DNA of 64,000 bases from Pseudobacteriovorax sp. (GCA_050293845.1 JBNKNM010000004.1:18578-82577); one strand, 5' to 3'. Positions 18,057 to 28,081 are shown, counted from the first letter of the stretch. Program-made: numbers and translations. The notes: generated by a model not told the origin, from the sequence alone.

Positions 18057-19031
18057 ATGAAGTCAAAGTTAACAACCATTCTTACAGCCAGTTTTTTATT
18101 CCTAGCCTGCGAGCCAAAAGACGGCGACGATGGGACAAATGGAAAAGACGGGTTAAACGGAACCGACGGCGTAAGTTGCGCTGCAATTCAAGACGAAGGC
18201 GAAGACGCAATCCTGTGTGGTGAGACTATCATTCCTGTTATCCACGGGGAAGATGGCGAAGATGGAGAGAAAGGTGCAAACGGTGAGGACGGAGAAGACG
18301 GTCTTAGCTGCCAACTTGCCGAAAAGGAAGATCAGACATACGTTGTTTGTGGTGATGAGTCTTACCTTTTACCCTCTAACGATCCATCCGAAGTAGACTC
18401 TTGTGAAGCATCGAAGTTAGAAAGCGGTAACTGGCTAATCACTTGCGGTGATGAGTCCTTCGAGGTCCCAAGCGAAGAGTCAATCGCGGGTTACATTGTT
18501 CTTGCTCTTTCTCCAGTTGAAGCGCCTGAGCTAAGTGTGCAAACAGCAAACGGTTTAACCGCAACTCTAAACTTCGAGATTCCAGTTGAATTAGACAAGG
18601 AAGCACTAAAGCTACTACCTGAAGGCTATAAGCTTTCTCGCCTAAGCTCTAACAGCTTTGAACTTAAGTCAGCAGATTTGTTTGAAGGCTTCCCTTTTAC
18701 TAGCGAGCTTACCACCTGGTCTGAAACACTTCCTGCGGGCCTTTTTCTAAACAAACTTAACCCTGCACAAGTTCTACAAGACACCGTCGAGCTAGCTGTA
18801 ACAAGCTATGACTATGTTATCGACTTTGAAACACTAACATTTGATCGTGACGATTCGAATATTTGTGAAGCTGAGTTCAGCCCGCTAGCGTTCGAAGAAG
18901 TGAAGAAACTCAAAACAGCCCAGAAGCCGGTACTTCTATCTGTAGCTGAGAAAAAGGCCTTTAACGTAACAACCCAAAAGGTTGTTTCGGTAGAACCTAC
19001 CAGCGAAGTGCAAATTTCCTGCATGCGCTAA
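18057..19031 (+). CDS. Lipoprotein with short collagen-like G-X-Y runs and Cys pairs
   Basis: Lipobox FLFLA-C; GDDGTNGKDGLNGTDG and GEDGEDGEKGANGEDGEDG, each followed by SC; RBS AGGAG. Confidence 0.8.
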   Translation: MKSKLTTILTASFLFLACEPKDGDDGTNGKDGLNGTDGVSCAAIQDEGEDAILCGETIIPVIHGEDGEDGEKGANGEDGEDGLSCQLAEKEDQTYVVCGDESYLLPSNDPSEVDSCEASKLESGNWLITCGDESFEVPSEESIAGYIVLALSPVEAPELSVQTANGLTATLNFEIPVELDKEALKLLPEGYKLSRLSSNSFELKSADLFEGFPFTSELTTWSETLPAGLFLNKLNPAQVLQDTVELAVTSYDYVIDFETLTFDRDDSNICEAEFSPLAFEEVKKLKTAQKPVLLSVAEKKAFNVTTQKVVSVEPTSEVQISCMR

Positions 19032-19103
19032 CTTACCCCTAGAGCATTTGGGGACTTGGTCTTTGGCCAGGTCCTCGTTTCTGTATTTTATGAGGATGGG
19101 ATT

Positions 19104-19352
19104 ATGAAAATTAGACTTGTTAACTTTTTAGACACGGATGTGATCTTAGATCGGCTCGAAGCCGAATGCCGAAAAGCTGGTCTTACGATTCGTGAGCTAT
19201 GGCGAAGAATACAGCTTGAAGAACGAACTATGGATCGTTGGAGGCTAGGTCAAAACACTCCTTCACTTTTGAGTCTTCAGCATATTCAAGAAGTTATTAA
19301 CACACATATAAGAGAGACAAACCCAGGTGCAGAGTTTGAAAATGCCTCATGA
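19104..19352 (+). CDS. Cro-like HTH regulator
   Basis: AGLTIRELWRRIQLEERTMDRWRLGQNTPSL. Confidence 0.7.
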   Translation: MKIRLVNFLDTDVILDRLEAECRKAGLTIRELWRRIQLEERTMDRWRLGQNTPSLLSLQHIQEVINTHIRETNPGAEFENAS

Positions 19353-20181
19353 TCTGGTGGGGCCTACTAACTATATGAATCCTAATGAGGATATGTCTGA
19401 TTACCACCGCCGTTGGTGGTGGCTCAGCAAATCTCTTATTGATCTATTGCTCACGACACCAAGGCACCTTTGGTATAAATACCTTTGTGAAGGAGTTCCA
19501 AAGCAAAAAGAAACAAGGTCCCAATCATTAGGGACTGATGTGCATACTCTCATACTTGAAATGCACCTATTCGAAGCTAACTATATGTGTGGACCTGAAG
19601 GGAAGAATCGTACTCATGCCCCATTTAAGAAACTAGCCGCAGACAATCCAGACAAGAGAGTTCTGCCCTACGCCGAATACAAGCTGCTCGAAGCTATCTA
19701 TAATTCTATTAAGCAGCAACCCATCGGGAAGTACTTTCTGGATCTTCAGGGTGAATCTGAGGTCTCCTGCTATTGGAAAGATCCAGACCTCGGCCAACTA
19801 TTAAAGTGTCGACCTGACAAGATAATAAAAAGTCAAAAGATCGTAGTTGATATCAAGACTACAGCGGTTTTAGGCAAACACAAATTTATAAGACATGCCG
19901 CAGACCTAAATTATCATAGATCCGCAGCACTAACTAAATTGGGCTTAAATGTCTTAACGGGTCATGACTACGAGTATATCTTCCTAGTTATCGAAATGAA
20001 ACCGCCATTTAATGTCGCCGCCTATTCCTTTGATGAGGAAGCCATAGCCCTTGGTAATTCTGAAATCGATAGGGCCATTCAAATCTTCAAGGAGTGTCAG
20101 GAGTCAGATAACTGGCCTGGATACCCTTCTAAAATACAGACTATTTCTATGCCTAAATGGAGGACAGGTAACCATGGATAA
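19327..20181 (+). CDS. RecE/ExoVIII-like PD-(D/E)XK exonuclease (DUF3799-like)
   Basis: LSKS...GTDVHTLILE...KCRPD...VDIKTT...WPGY. Confidence 0.88.
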   Translation: MQSLKMPHDLVGPTNYMNPNEDMSDYHRRWWWLSKSLIDLLLTTPRHLWYKYLCEGVPKQKETRSQSLGTDVHTLILEMHLFEANYMCGPEGKNRTHAPFKKLAADNPDKRVLPYAEYKLLEAIYNSIKQQPIGKYFLDLQGESEVSCYWKDPDLGQLLKCRPDKIIKSQKIVVDIKTTAVLGKHKFIRHAADLNYHRSAALTKLGLNVLTGHDYEYIFLVIEMKPPFNVAAYSFDEEAIALGNSEIDRAIQIFKECQESDNWPGYPSKIQTISMPKWRTGNHG

Positions 20182-20785
20182 TGCTGTTACGCAGAGGAAC
20201 GAATCCGATCTTGCGGGACTACCTCCCCAGATGAGAAGTCTTATGGGAGTATCCCAAAGGCTTGCTAGATCTAACATGATTCCCAAACACTATATCGGTA
20301 AACCCGACGATATCCTTGTAGCCCTTCAGACTGGCTTTGACCTTGGGCTAGAAAGTTTTGTCGTTGCTCTCAATGAAATATCGATGATCAATGGTAAGTC
20401 CTCGATCTCATCAAAACTCGCCATGGCTCTAGCGAAAAAAAGCGGAGTCTTTTCTACAGATATCACCTTCGAGCAAGAAGGTAAGACCTGGGATGATCTT
20501 AGAGTCTGGGCTAAGGCTACTCGCCGCAGTGACGGCCAGGAGGTGAAAGCTGATACCTCGATCAAGATGGCTATCGCTGAAGGCTGGACTAAAAATCCTA
20601 AATATAAATCTATGCCCGTTCAAATGCTTTCCTATCGTTCAGCCATGTTTCTGATTAGAAGATACGCGCCGGAAGTATTACTAGGTATTCAGATTATTGA
20701 CATCGAGGCCGCTGATATCCGCGTGGATAGTAACAGTGGAATTGAAAAATTAAACGCCAATATTGAAGAACAGATTGGCGGCTAA
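20174..20785 (+). CDS. RecT-like single-strand annealing protein
   Basis: IPKHYIGKPDDILVALQTGFDLGL...INGK...QMLSYRS...RRYAPEVLLG; follows RecE. Confidence 0.8.
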   Translation: MDNAVTQRNESDLAGLPPQMRSLMGVSQRLARSNMIPKHYIGKPDDILVALQTGFDLGLESFVVALNEISMINGKSSISSKLAMALAKKSGVFSTDITFEQEGKTWDDLRVWAKATRRSDGQEVKADTSIKMAIAEGWTKNPKYKSMPVQMLSYRSAMFLIRRYAPEVLLGIQIIDIEAADIRVDSNSGIEKLNANIEEQIGG

Positions 20786-20833
20786 ATATTAACTAGGACG
20801 GAGAAGTTAAGCGGATCAGAAGAAGTTTAAGCG

Positions 20834-21958
20834 TTGCGGAAAGCGTTTATCGATGAACCTCACGTAATGGAAGACGTTTGTGTTCATCAGTTTTTTTATT
20901 CTTATAGATTTGTTGCAGTATTGATGGAGGTGACCTTGAGACTAAATATTGAAGAACGTGCTTTCGGTGATAGCCGTAGAAAAAAACTCGCCCATCTTTT
21001 GGGTTTTAAAGAGAATGCAGTACTTGGTTTTTTAGTGCTCCTATGGCACGGCTCCCAGGAAGCTGGAAAATATATTGCCACAAGAGATGAGATCCTTACC
21101 TACTGCGAGGAATTTGATCCTGAGTTTTCTTGCCTTCTCTTTGACGGGCTTTTAAATGCTGGCTACATATCTCATTTAGCCGAGGATCAGTACCGCATTC
21201 ATGGTAACGAAAAACAAATAGCCGGGCTTCAAAAACATAAGGCTAAGTCTGTCAAAGGGGCTAAGGCTACTAAGGATAAATGGGCTGAGATTAAGAAACA
21301 AGAAAAGCTTGAAGGCCAGAAGGAAGGCCATAGGCCCTCAGAAGATAAGGCCACAAGCCCTAACTCCGGCACGCCTGATGAATCTTCTGAGCAGACCTTG
21401 GATAGGGCTCATTCACATATCACAATTCACAGTTCACATTCACAGAAAGAAAAAAGAGAAAAAAAGAAAGTTGAGTGTGACCTCGATGAAATCCCTTTTT
21501 CGTCAGACGCTATCGCATCAGACCTTCCTCCAAAATCGAAAACTAAAATTCCAAAGAAATGGGAAAGAAAAATCTCAGACTTCGACCAGATGATGGCAAA
21601 GACTTGGATGGACTATGCCAAAGAGAAAGTTCCAAGGGGAAAATTCAATGAAGGGGAATTCCAGGTAGCCATCACAAAGATGCGTCATGAGTACAAACTC
21701 AGCGAAGGAGATATCACCTCGCTTTTTTCCTGGTGCCAAGAGAGCGAGTTTTGGAAGGACAAATCTTTTAGCCCCGTAGGCCTTCTAAGGCGAAAAGGGG
21801 AGAAGACGAACCTTGATACTATCCTCATACAAAAGTCGCAGCAGAAAAAAGGTTTACCCCCTTCAAACGCGAATCGATACAAGGTGGATGACGGTCACGA
21901 GGAATACAAACGAAAACTCATTGCAAAAGTGAAGGCTGAGCAAGAGGGGATCACCTGA
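20834..21958 (+). CDS. Phage replication initiator-like protein (true start probably ~20921-20937)
   Basis: N-terminal LGFLVLLW domain, low-complexity linker, C-terminal FW...P..L domain; directly upstream of a DnaC-like ATPase. Confidence 0.65.
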   Translation: MRKAFIDEPHVMEDVCVHQFFYSYRFVAVLMEVTLRLNIEERAFGDSRRKKLAHLLGFKENAVLGFLVLLWHGSQEAGKYIATRDEILTYCEEFDPEFSCLLFDGLLNAGYISHLAEDQYRIHGNEKQIAGLQKHKAKSVKGAKATKDKWAEIKKQEKLEGQKEGHRPSEDKATSPNSGTPDESSEQTLDRAHSHITIHSSHSQKEKREKKKVECDLDEIPFSSDAIASDLPPKSKTKIPKKWERKISDFDQMMAKTWMDYAKEKVPRGKFNEGEFQVAITKMRHEYKLSEGDITSLFSWCQESEFWKDKSFSPVGLLRRKGEKTNLDTILIQKSQQKKGLPPSNANRYKVDDGHEEYKRKLIAKVKAEQEGIT

Positions 21959-22635
21959 TGATCAATATCGATAAACTCTTTGCAGCATCAAAAGATCGTA
22001 GCCCTATAGAGTTACCTGGACCAACGAACGAGGAGCGAGAGGCTTGGCAAACCTCCCTCTTAATAGGCTCAATGGCAATCGCTTCTAGCTATGTAGGTAT
22101 TACGCGAAAGGACTTTGAAACGTTTCGGCCTGGTCTAGTTAGAAAATTCTGGAAGGGCTCAGACGAGCTCGGAAGAAAGATCCTACGCTTTGATCCTGCT
22201 TCGGCAGAGAAGGGTTTCTACCTCTATGGAGATCCGGGGTGCGGGAAAACTTCGATCCTTAAGACCCTAGCGATCATTTTGGTGAAGCAGTTTCCGGGAG
22301 GGGTGATCTTTACTCAGCTTAAGCACGCAATTGACGCTATGGCAGAGGACGATTTTTCGTTTAAAGCGGAAATCGAGAAAAAGCTCGTAGGGGCTAGGTT
22401 TCTCTTCATCGATGATATCGGTGTGGAGCGCTCTACAGATTGGACCCGTGAGCAGGTCTATTCCATTCTTGACCAGCGTCTTTATGCACATACTGGGAAC
22501 GGTGATCGCAAGTTTACCTTTTTCTCCTCGAATCTCACTCTTGATCAGCTAACGGAACGCTACCACTCGCGGGATGTTAGGCGGTTTTTGGAACTTTCTA
22601 AGTTTTTACATGTTGGAGGCAAGGATGAAGCTTAA
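21958..22635 (+). CDS. DnaC/IstB-like AAA+ helicase loader
   Basis: Walker A GDPGCGKT, Walker B LFIDDIGVE, TFFSSN. Confidence 0.88.
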   Translation: MINIDKLFAASKDRSPIELPGPTNEEREAWQTSLLIGSMAIASSYVGITRKDFETFRPGLVRKFWKGSDELGRKILRFDPASAEKGFYLYGDPGCGKTSILKTLAIILVKQFPGGVIFTQLKHAIDAMAEDDFSFKAEIEKKLVGARFLFIDDIGVERSTDWTREQVYSILDQRLYAHTGNGDRKFTFFSSNLTLDQLTERYHSRDVRRFLELSKFLHVGGKDEA

Positions 22636-22719
22636 GAAGAAAGCACATTTCGTTATCGATCCTTTGACGCTTTTACAAATTACCAAGCACATTGACGCAA
22701 ACAAAAAAAAGGTTAAGAA

Positions 22720-23484
22720 ATGACGGAGAATCTAATCAAAATTGACTTCACGACACTTACACCACTTAAGCTTGCAGATAAAGTTGTTCTCCGCGACATC
22801 TATCAAACTCTAGTAGTAAAAGGAGCTGTTTCTGAAAATACGAAATACTCCCATTGGGCTGCTCAGAAACTGCGACACTATCGTGAAAACATAGACTATT
22901 TTACGAGTGTTAAAAAGAACACCCGTAAGAACTCGCGAGGCGCTTCTAAAGTAACAGATCACATTGTCACGGTAAAACGAGCAATGGCTATTATTGGCGA
23001 TGGGCACCAAGAAGTTGGTGTCAAGATGAGAGAGTTTTTTGCCGACTGTTTAGAACTCTACATTGAATCACAGTCAAATGATCTACCCGATCTTCTAGAT
23101 GCAGCTGCAAAAATGCTGAGAGAAGAAAAAGCTCTTCGTATCCAAGCTGAAAAAGACAGAGCAAAAATCGGTGATAAGAAAACCGCTACAGCTATGGCTA
23201 CAGCAAGTGTGGCGGTTAGGCAGCTTAAAAAGACCGAGAAAGAAAAAGAACAACTTTTAGAACAGATTGGCGATGCAACCAACTGGAAATCAGCGGTAGC
23301 TTGGGCCAAAAAATATCCTCAATTAAATTCCTTCGTAAAAAATGAGAGCGCACTGGGTCGTATGCTTTCAAAGGTTAGTCGAGAGAATGGATTAGAGGTC
23401 AGATCGATTACAGACCAAAGATGGGGCCAAGTAAAATCGTATTGTCACAAAGCAGTTTTGAAAATACTAGAAATTCACGGATAA
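22720..23484 (+). CDS. AntA/AntB-type antirepressor-like protein
   Basis: RDIYQTL...YSHW...YRENIDYF...REFF; C-term KKTATAMATAS motif. Confidence 0.7.
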   Translation: MTENLIKIDFTTLTPLKLADKVVLRDIYQTLVVKGAVSENTKYSHWAAQKLRHYRENIDYFTSVKKNTRKNSRGASKVTDHIVTVKRAMAIIGDGHQEVGVKMREFFADCLELYIESQSNDLPDLLDAAAKMLREEKALRIQAEKDRAKIGDKKTATAMATASVAVRQLKKTEKEKEQLLEQIGDATNWKSAVAWAKKYPQLNSFVKNESALGRMLSKVSRENGLEVRSITDQRWGQVKSYCHKAVLKILEIHG

Positions 23485-23494
23485 AGGAAAAAAC

Positions 23495-23851
23495 ATGAGT
23501 AACTACAAACTACCACCGATGGAAATTGTTAAGGCATCCCATGAACTGATGTCAGTAGATGAGGGTGACTTTTTACCGATTGAATATACTGCAATGCTTC
23601 TAGGAACCACAGTGGAATCTATTTTAAAGATAGTTAAGATGCACGGGTTGGCATATTCAGTAGATTGGGATGAGAACTCAAACTGGGAGAATGAAGACGA
23701 TAGATCATCAGACACCCAAAAAATCTATCTTCCAAGTGACACCGTACAAATATTGGTTATGGCATGCGAATCTAAAAAAGCCAGGGATATTCAAGCCCTC
23801 CTATTGCAAATTATCGAAAAGACCCAAGGAAGTGAAGGCATAGAATTTTAG
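23495..23851 (+). CDS. BRO-N-like DNA-binding protein
   Basis: TAMLLG...IYLPSDTVQILVMACESKKARDIQ. Confidence 0.5.
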   Translation: MSNYKLPPMEIVKASHELMSVDEGDFLPIEYTAMLLGTTVESILKIVKMHGLAYSVDWDENSNWENEDDRSSDTQKIYLPSDTVQILVMACESKKARDIQALLLQIIEKTQGSEGIEF

Positions 23852-24010
23852 TCTGTTGCCGATTCAGAACACGGGACATCTGAATTCTTTAACTTAGAGG
23901 CATATCAATACTGAAAATAATCGCTAAACCTCAAATAGAATAATTGGAAAACCACTAGTAGTCTAGAAGCGAACCGGAGCAAGTGAGCGAATACAGACTA
24001 ATATAGAGGT

Positions 24011-24637
24011 ATGATGATGGGAGAGAGCTATAATAGTGAAACACGTTACGACTACTTTTTAAGCACTGGAGATGGAGAGAATCTACAAATCAGTGACATC
24101 GAACTTAAAGGCATTGATCTTCGCGGAGCAAATCTCCACAAAGCGCAGCTTGTTAATGTCAAGTTGATTGACTGTGACTTTAGGTTTTCACGATGCTTCG
24201 GAGTAGAGTTTAGAAATGTCACGTTAGTAGACACTAAATTCGACTTTTCGATATTTGAGGGAGCAAAGCTAAATTTCAAGACGGTTCCAGATGGAACCTC
24301 GTTTTGGGGATCGCATTTTAAGGGCGCAAAGATATCTATCGGGAATGGTTTATCCAAACCAGTTGATAGAAATTTAGCCGTTAGGCATCCACAATTTTCG
24401 TGTCCTGCGTTTCTAAGTAAGATCGATCTTGATGCTAAGATGCACTATAAGAAGCTATTTAATGCCCATGAATGCAACGAAACGGCTATATTCGAAACTG
24501 CGCGAATGTTAGAGAATAGATATCAAGGGTCTCCTAAGAAGGTTTTGAACCCAAGAGACCACTGCCATATGGATAGCCTATCCCTTTGGTGGACTTCAAG
24601 AAACCTAATACCGCCTTGGGCGTTAATGAGAAACTAG
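24011..24637 (+). CDS. Pentapeptide repeat protein
   Basis: IDLRG-ANLHK-AQLVN-VKLID-CDFRF...TKFDF-SIFEG-AKL periodicity. Confidence 0.8.
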   Translation: MMMGESYNSETRYDYFLSTGDGENLQISDIELKGIDLRGANLHKAQLVNVKLIDCDFRFSRCFGVEFRNVTLVDTKFDFSIFEGAKLNFKTVPDGTSFWGSHFKGAKISIGNGLSKPVDRNLAVRHPQFSCPAFLSKIDLDAKMHYKKLFNAHECNETAIFETARMLENRYQGSPKKVLNPRDHCHMDSLSLWWTSRNLIPPWALMRN

Positions 24638-24649
24638 TAAGGATAAGTA

Positions 24650-24886
24650 ATGTTAAAAGTTTATGCAAAAGATTTTGCGGACAAATTTGAATTAACTAAA
24701 CGAGAAGCGGAAGTATTCACATTGATTGCGAGTGGCAGTGTATTGCCCACTGATATTGCAGGGAAGATGGGTATATCTCAAAACACTGTGAGAATTCATA
24801 TAAAGAACGTAAATACAAAAATGGGCACCAAGTCGAAGACCGAGTTTGTTGTCAAATTTCTAAAATATGTATTGAAGAAGAAATAG
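24650..24886 (+). CDS. Stand-alone LuxR-type HTH regulator
   Basis: LTKREAEVFTLIASG...IAGKMGISQNTVRIHIKNVNTKMG. Confidence 0.9.
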   Translation: MLKVYAKDFADKFELTKREAEVFTLIASGSVLPTDIAGKMGISQNTVRIHIKNVNTKMGTKSKTEFVVKFLKYVLKKK

Positions 24887-24965
24887 GGAATCCTTGGCTT
24901 TCAATCTGGTTTTTAATCGTGTTAGAGCAGTGGTTGGCATGTAGGTCGAGTTTGGAGAGTACACA

Positions 24966-25295
24966 ATGGGAATGGAAGAAGCGGAGCTACTGAAAACAGG
25001 CGGACCATTCCTGATCGCGGTTGTCCTCATTTTTAAGATGTATTTTGACGGCAAACTCGCCCCTAATCACACCCAATACGACCGCGACATGAAGAGGATA
25101 GAGACTTCGGTCTCTAAGATTGAAGGAAGACAGTTAAAGTCTTTCGAAGCTTTTAGTCTCACAGTTCAGAGATTTACATCTTGCGTGGAAAAGCTCTCTG
25201 GAAAACTCGACCTGCATGCCAAAACCCTTGAGATTATTAATGGGAATCTAGAGACAATTTCTGAGCGGCTGACTCATTTGGAGCGTCGAGGGTGA
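24966..25295 (+). CDS. Single-TM coiled-coil protein, holin-like
   Basis: N-terminal hydrophobic helix GGPFLIAVVLIFKMYF, then heptad repeats. Confidence 0.5.
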   Translation: MGMEEAELLKTGGPFLIAVVLIFKMYFDGKLAPNHTQYDRDMKRIETSVSKIEGRQLKSFEAFSLTVQRFTSCVEKLSGKLDLHAKTLEIINGNLETISERLTHLERRG

Positions 25296-25918
25296 TAGAG
25301 ATCAAGGCTGATCTGAGCCAGGCCCCACTCCTTTTAAAAAAAGCTGGAGTAAAAGCTTATCTTCAGGCGGTAAAAAACTCGCAGAATAAAGCACTGAATG
25401 CTGCTAAGAAAGTTGCCGAGAACATTGCTATAGAAAAGTACGGCCTTCCAAAAAACGGCCCGAAATTCGGACCTGAAAGCCCTTATGATAAGCCATCTGT
25501 TAAATCTGTCTTAGAGAATAGTCTTGTTAGGACCGTAGGCGGCATCGAGGCCGGCGTACCTTCTAAACTTTTCGCAGAAAAGAAGAGGCTTTCAGCGATC
25601 AGATTCCTAAGCTCTGAGCGGAGACCTATACAGCAGAAGGGTATTCCTAGATCTAAAAGAAGGCAAACAGTTGGAATTACTCTTGGTAGGAGGACCTTCA
25701 TATCCAAGAAGAAGTTTGTTCAAAAAGGTAACTCTTCAAGGCTCCATATTTTCAGATCTAAAGAGACTACGCGCAAATGGTTAATGATTCGCAATACAAT
25801 ATCATCCGTGGCAAGCCTACTGCGATATAACAAAGCTGATAAGACAATGCTGATTGAAGCACGAAAGAAGTTTATTAGCTCTATAGATCGAGAAGTTGAT
25901 AAACGCCTGTGGAAATAG
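25292..25918 (+). CDS. Lambda gpZ-like (minor tail Z-type) basic protein
   Basis: Very basic; QNKALNAAK...FVQKGNSSRLHIFR pattern. Confidence 0.6.
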   Translation: MIEIKADLSQAPLLLKKAGVKAYLQAVKNSQNKALNAAKKVAENIAIEKYGLPKNGPKFGPESPYDKPSVKSVLENSLVRTVGGIEAGVPSKLFAEKKRLSAIRFLSSERRPIQQKGIPRSKRRQTVGITLGRRTFISKKKFVQKGNSSRLHIFRSKETTRKWLMIRNTISSVASLLRYNKADKTMLIEARKKFISSIDREVDKRLWK

Positions 25919-25999
25919 GGAATCCTTGGCAACACAAACGCTTACAAATATGCAACTATGCCTCTGGTAATGTGACGAAACACTACTGGAGAAGTGTAG

Positions 26000-26794
26000 A
26001 TGAAAGTTAAGTTTGGTGATATCTGGAAGTTAGGCGACCACTACTTAATGTGTGGTGATAGCTCAGCGAAGCCAATGGTTAAAAGGTTTCTAGGTGATGT
26101 CGAGCCCCGATTGATGGTCACCGACCCTCCTTATGGGGTGAACTATCAGGTAAGAGATCGGAAAAAGGCAAGTACTCAGCAAAAAGACGCTGATGATCTG
26201 GAAGATATCAGAATCAGAAATGATCACAGGACAAATTGGTCTAACTCATTTCTATATGGAAAAGCTAAAATTGCCTATGTTTGGTATCCCTCAACGGCAC
26301 CTGATGTTGCCATGCAAGCGCTTAGAGATGGGATGTATCAGCCAAGACAAACCATTGTCTGGAAAAAGAACAGAGCCACTCTTAGCAGAGCCGCATATCA
26401 CTGGAAACACGAGAGTTGTCTTTACGGAGTCCGAGTCGGAGATACAGCTAACTGGCAAGGTGATAGAAAGCAAACCACAGTCTGGGAAGTAGCGGGAGTT
26501 GAAGCGAAGGATCGGATTCATCCCACTCAGAAACCTTTAGAGCTTTATACAAAGCCTATTGAACTCCATACAGTCCCAGGTGAGGTGGTATATGATCCGT
26601 TCGCAGGATCTGGCGTAATATTCAGTGCATGCGAAAAGACAGGACGGATCGGCTATGGCGTTGATCTTGAGCCTCACTACTGCAAGAAAACAATCCAGAG
26701 ATTTCAAAAGGAAACAGAGAAAACTGCTACGTTTATAGTAAACGTATTCGACGATACAATCGATGGCTGTACGGATACTGGCGAAGCGAGTTAA
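26000..26794 (+). CDS. N6-adenine/N4-cytosine DNA methyltransferase (beta class)
   Basis: GDIWKLGDH.LMCGDS, TDPPY, HPTQKP, DPFAGSG. Confidence 0.92.
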   Translation: MKVKFGDIWKLGDHYLMCGDSSAKPMVKRFLGDVEPRLMVTDPPYGVNYQVRDRKKASTQQKDADDLEDIRIRNDHRTNWSNSFLYGKAKIAYVWYPSTAPDVAMQALRDGMYQPRQTIVWKKNRATLSRAAYHWKHESCLYGVRVGDTANWQGDRKQTTVWEVAGVEAKDRIHPTQKPLELYTKPIELHTVPGEVVYDPFAGSGVIFSACEKTGRIGYGVDLEPHYCKKTIQRFQKETEKTATFIVNVFDDTIDGCTDTGEAS

Positions 26795-26831
26795 TATCAC
26801 GGCGATTGTTAAAACCTATGAGGACAGAACT

Positions 26832-27116
26832 ATGGGAACAGGGATTCAAGAAACTAAGGAAGTTATAGCGTTTATCACCACTCTAGGCGTGCTAGTTGGA
26901 AGAGAAGCAGTATCGGATGGTTTACAACTAACCGATGCTCTAAAGCTTTTTGACAATAAGGACTTCAGAGAGAAAGTAAGCATTGCGCTAGATGGTTTAA
27001 CCCTTGTGCCAGCGGAGTTAAAAGACCTTTCTATAAGCGAGGGATTTGATTTATCTCTTGCTGCACTTGAGTCTTTCCGCGAGATCCTTTCTGCTTTTGA
27101 ACAAAGAGCTGCTTAA
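26832..27116 (+). CDS. Hypothetical phage protein
   Basis: MGTGIQETKEV...VPAELKDLS; GAGG RBS; followed by a hairpin. Confidence 0.65.
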   Translation: MGTGIQETKEVIAFITTLGVLVGREAVSDGLQLTDALKLFDNKDFREKVSIALDGLTLVPAELKDLSISEGFDLSLAALESFREILSAFEQRAA

Positions 27117-27117
27117 C

Positions 27118-27145
27118 ATGAGGGGTCTATCCCCTCTTCATTTTT
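27118..27145 (+). terminator. Intrinsic terminator candidate
   Basis: GAGGGG-tctat-CCCCTC hairpin followed by a T-rich tail. Confidence 0.55.
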
Positions 27146-27293
27146 CCCTTGCTACCAAAGAAAAATATCTGCTACCTTCTTTCACATCGCACCAATGCTC
27201 CGGTTGCGCTTCCTTAAGCTACTAGTCGTTTTTCTCATCAAACTTGAGACCATTAATCATTTATCTACGTCTCGTTTGGATTGGAGAAAGCAT

Positions 27294-28070
27294 ATGGAAG
27301 AGGTTAGTAGAAGCTTGTCAATAAAAGATGAGTTAACGATCAGTGAGAAGAAAATTGCTCTTAATTCAAAAGAGACAATAATTTTTATTATCAAGTTGAA
27401 TTGCGAGGAAGGGCTTACGATCCCCCAGGTTGCTGACATGTTTAATACATCGTCTGAGCATATCAGGAAAAGCATAAATAGACACGCCTTAGCTACGGGA
27501 CAGATTGTCCCTAAGTCTATGAAAGCTCTTAAAAACACTAATGTTATTCCTTTGAATACTCCGAAGACGAGATTTGTCCCCAAGGATTCAATTAAGTCCT
27601 TAGTCAAGATTATCAACTCGCCCACAGCCTGGACGATATATTTTCAACTCTGGGATGACGAAGAAAAACTTCGTGAAGAAAATGAGCATTTAAGATCTAA
27701 AGTCTCTTTTCAGAAGGCAGAAATAGAAAGCCTGAAAAGTCAGACCCTAAAGAAGAAACGTATCTGCTCGAACAAGATTCACACCCGCACAGTGGTAACC
27801 CAAGACCTATTCGGTGGGCAGGAAGTAAATCATGTTTACGAATCTATACCTTCCGATGCTATGACGCCTGAGCAACAGAAAACTTACAAAGCACAGCACT
27901 CAGTAAAGACGATGAATGGAATAGCGAGTAGATTAGTCGATGCTACCGAAGAGCTTGGTGGATGGTTATTCATTCAAGCTAAGAAAACAAAGACTCATGC
28001 ATCACGGCTAAAGACAGGACTACTACCACCTGAAGGTAAACACGAAATAGAGATAGACATCTTAGGATAA
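27294..28070 (+). CDS. Antirepressor/BRO-like DNA-binding protein with coiled coil
   Basis: GLTIPQVADMFN...INRH...SIKSLVKIINSPTA; start chosen from GGAG RBS. Confidence 0.6.
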   Translation: MEEVSRSLSIKDELTISEKKIALNSKETIIFIIKLNCEEGLTIPQVADMFNTSSEHIRKSINRHALATGQIVPKSMKALKNTNVIPLNTPKTRFVPKDSIKSLVKIINSPTAWTIYFQLWDDEEKLREENEHLRSKVSFQKAEIESLKSQTLKKKRICSNKIHTRTVVTQDLFGGQEVNHVYESIPSDAMTPEQQKTYKAQHSVKTMNGIASRLVDATEELGGWLFIQAKKTKTHASRLKTGLLPPEGKHEIEIDILG

Positions 28071-28081
28071 GGAGCACAGCT

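Larger units (their letters stand above)
24880..25930 (+). repeat. 19-bp exact direct repeat GAAATAGGGAATCCTTGGC
   Basis: Copies at 24880-24898 and 25912-25930, each overlapping a TAG stop codon. Confidence 0.9.

Noticed and set aside
26193..26492. Alternative-frame ORF inside the N6/N4 methyltransferase
   Set aside because: The main frame already has all its motifs and the nested frame shows none, unlike the C5 MTase case.
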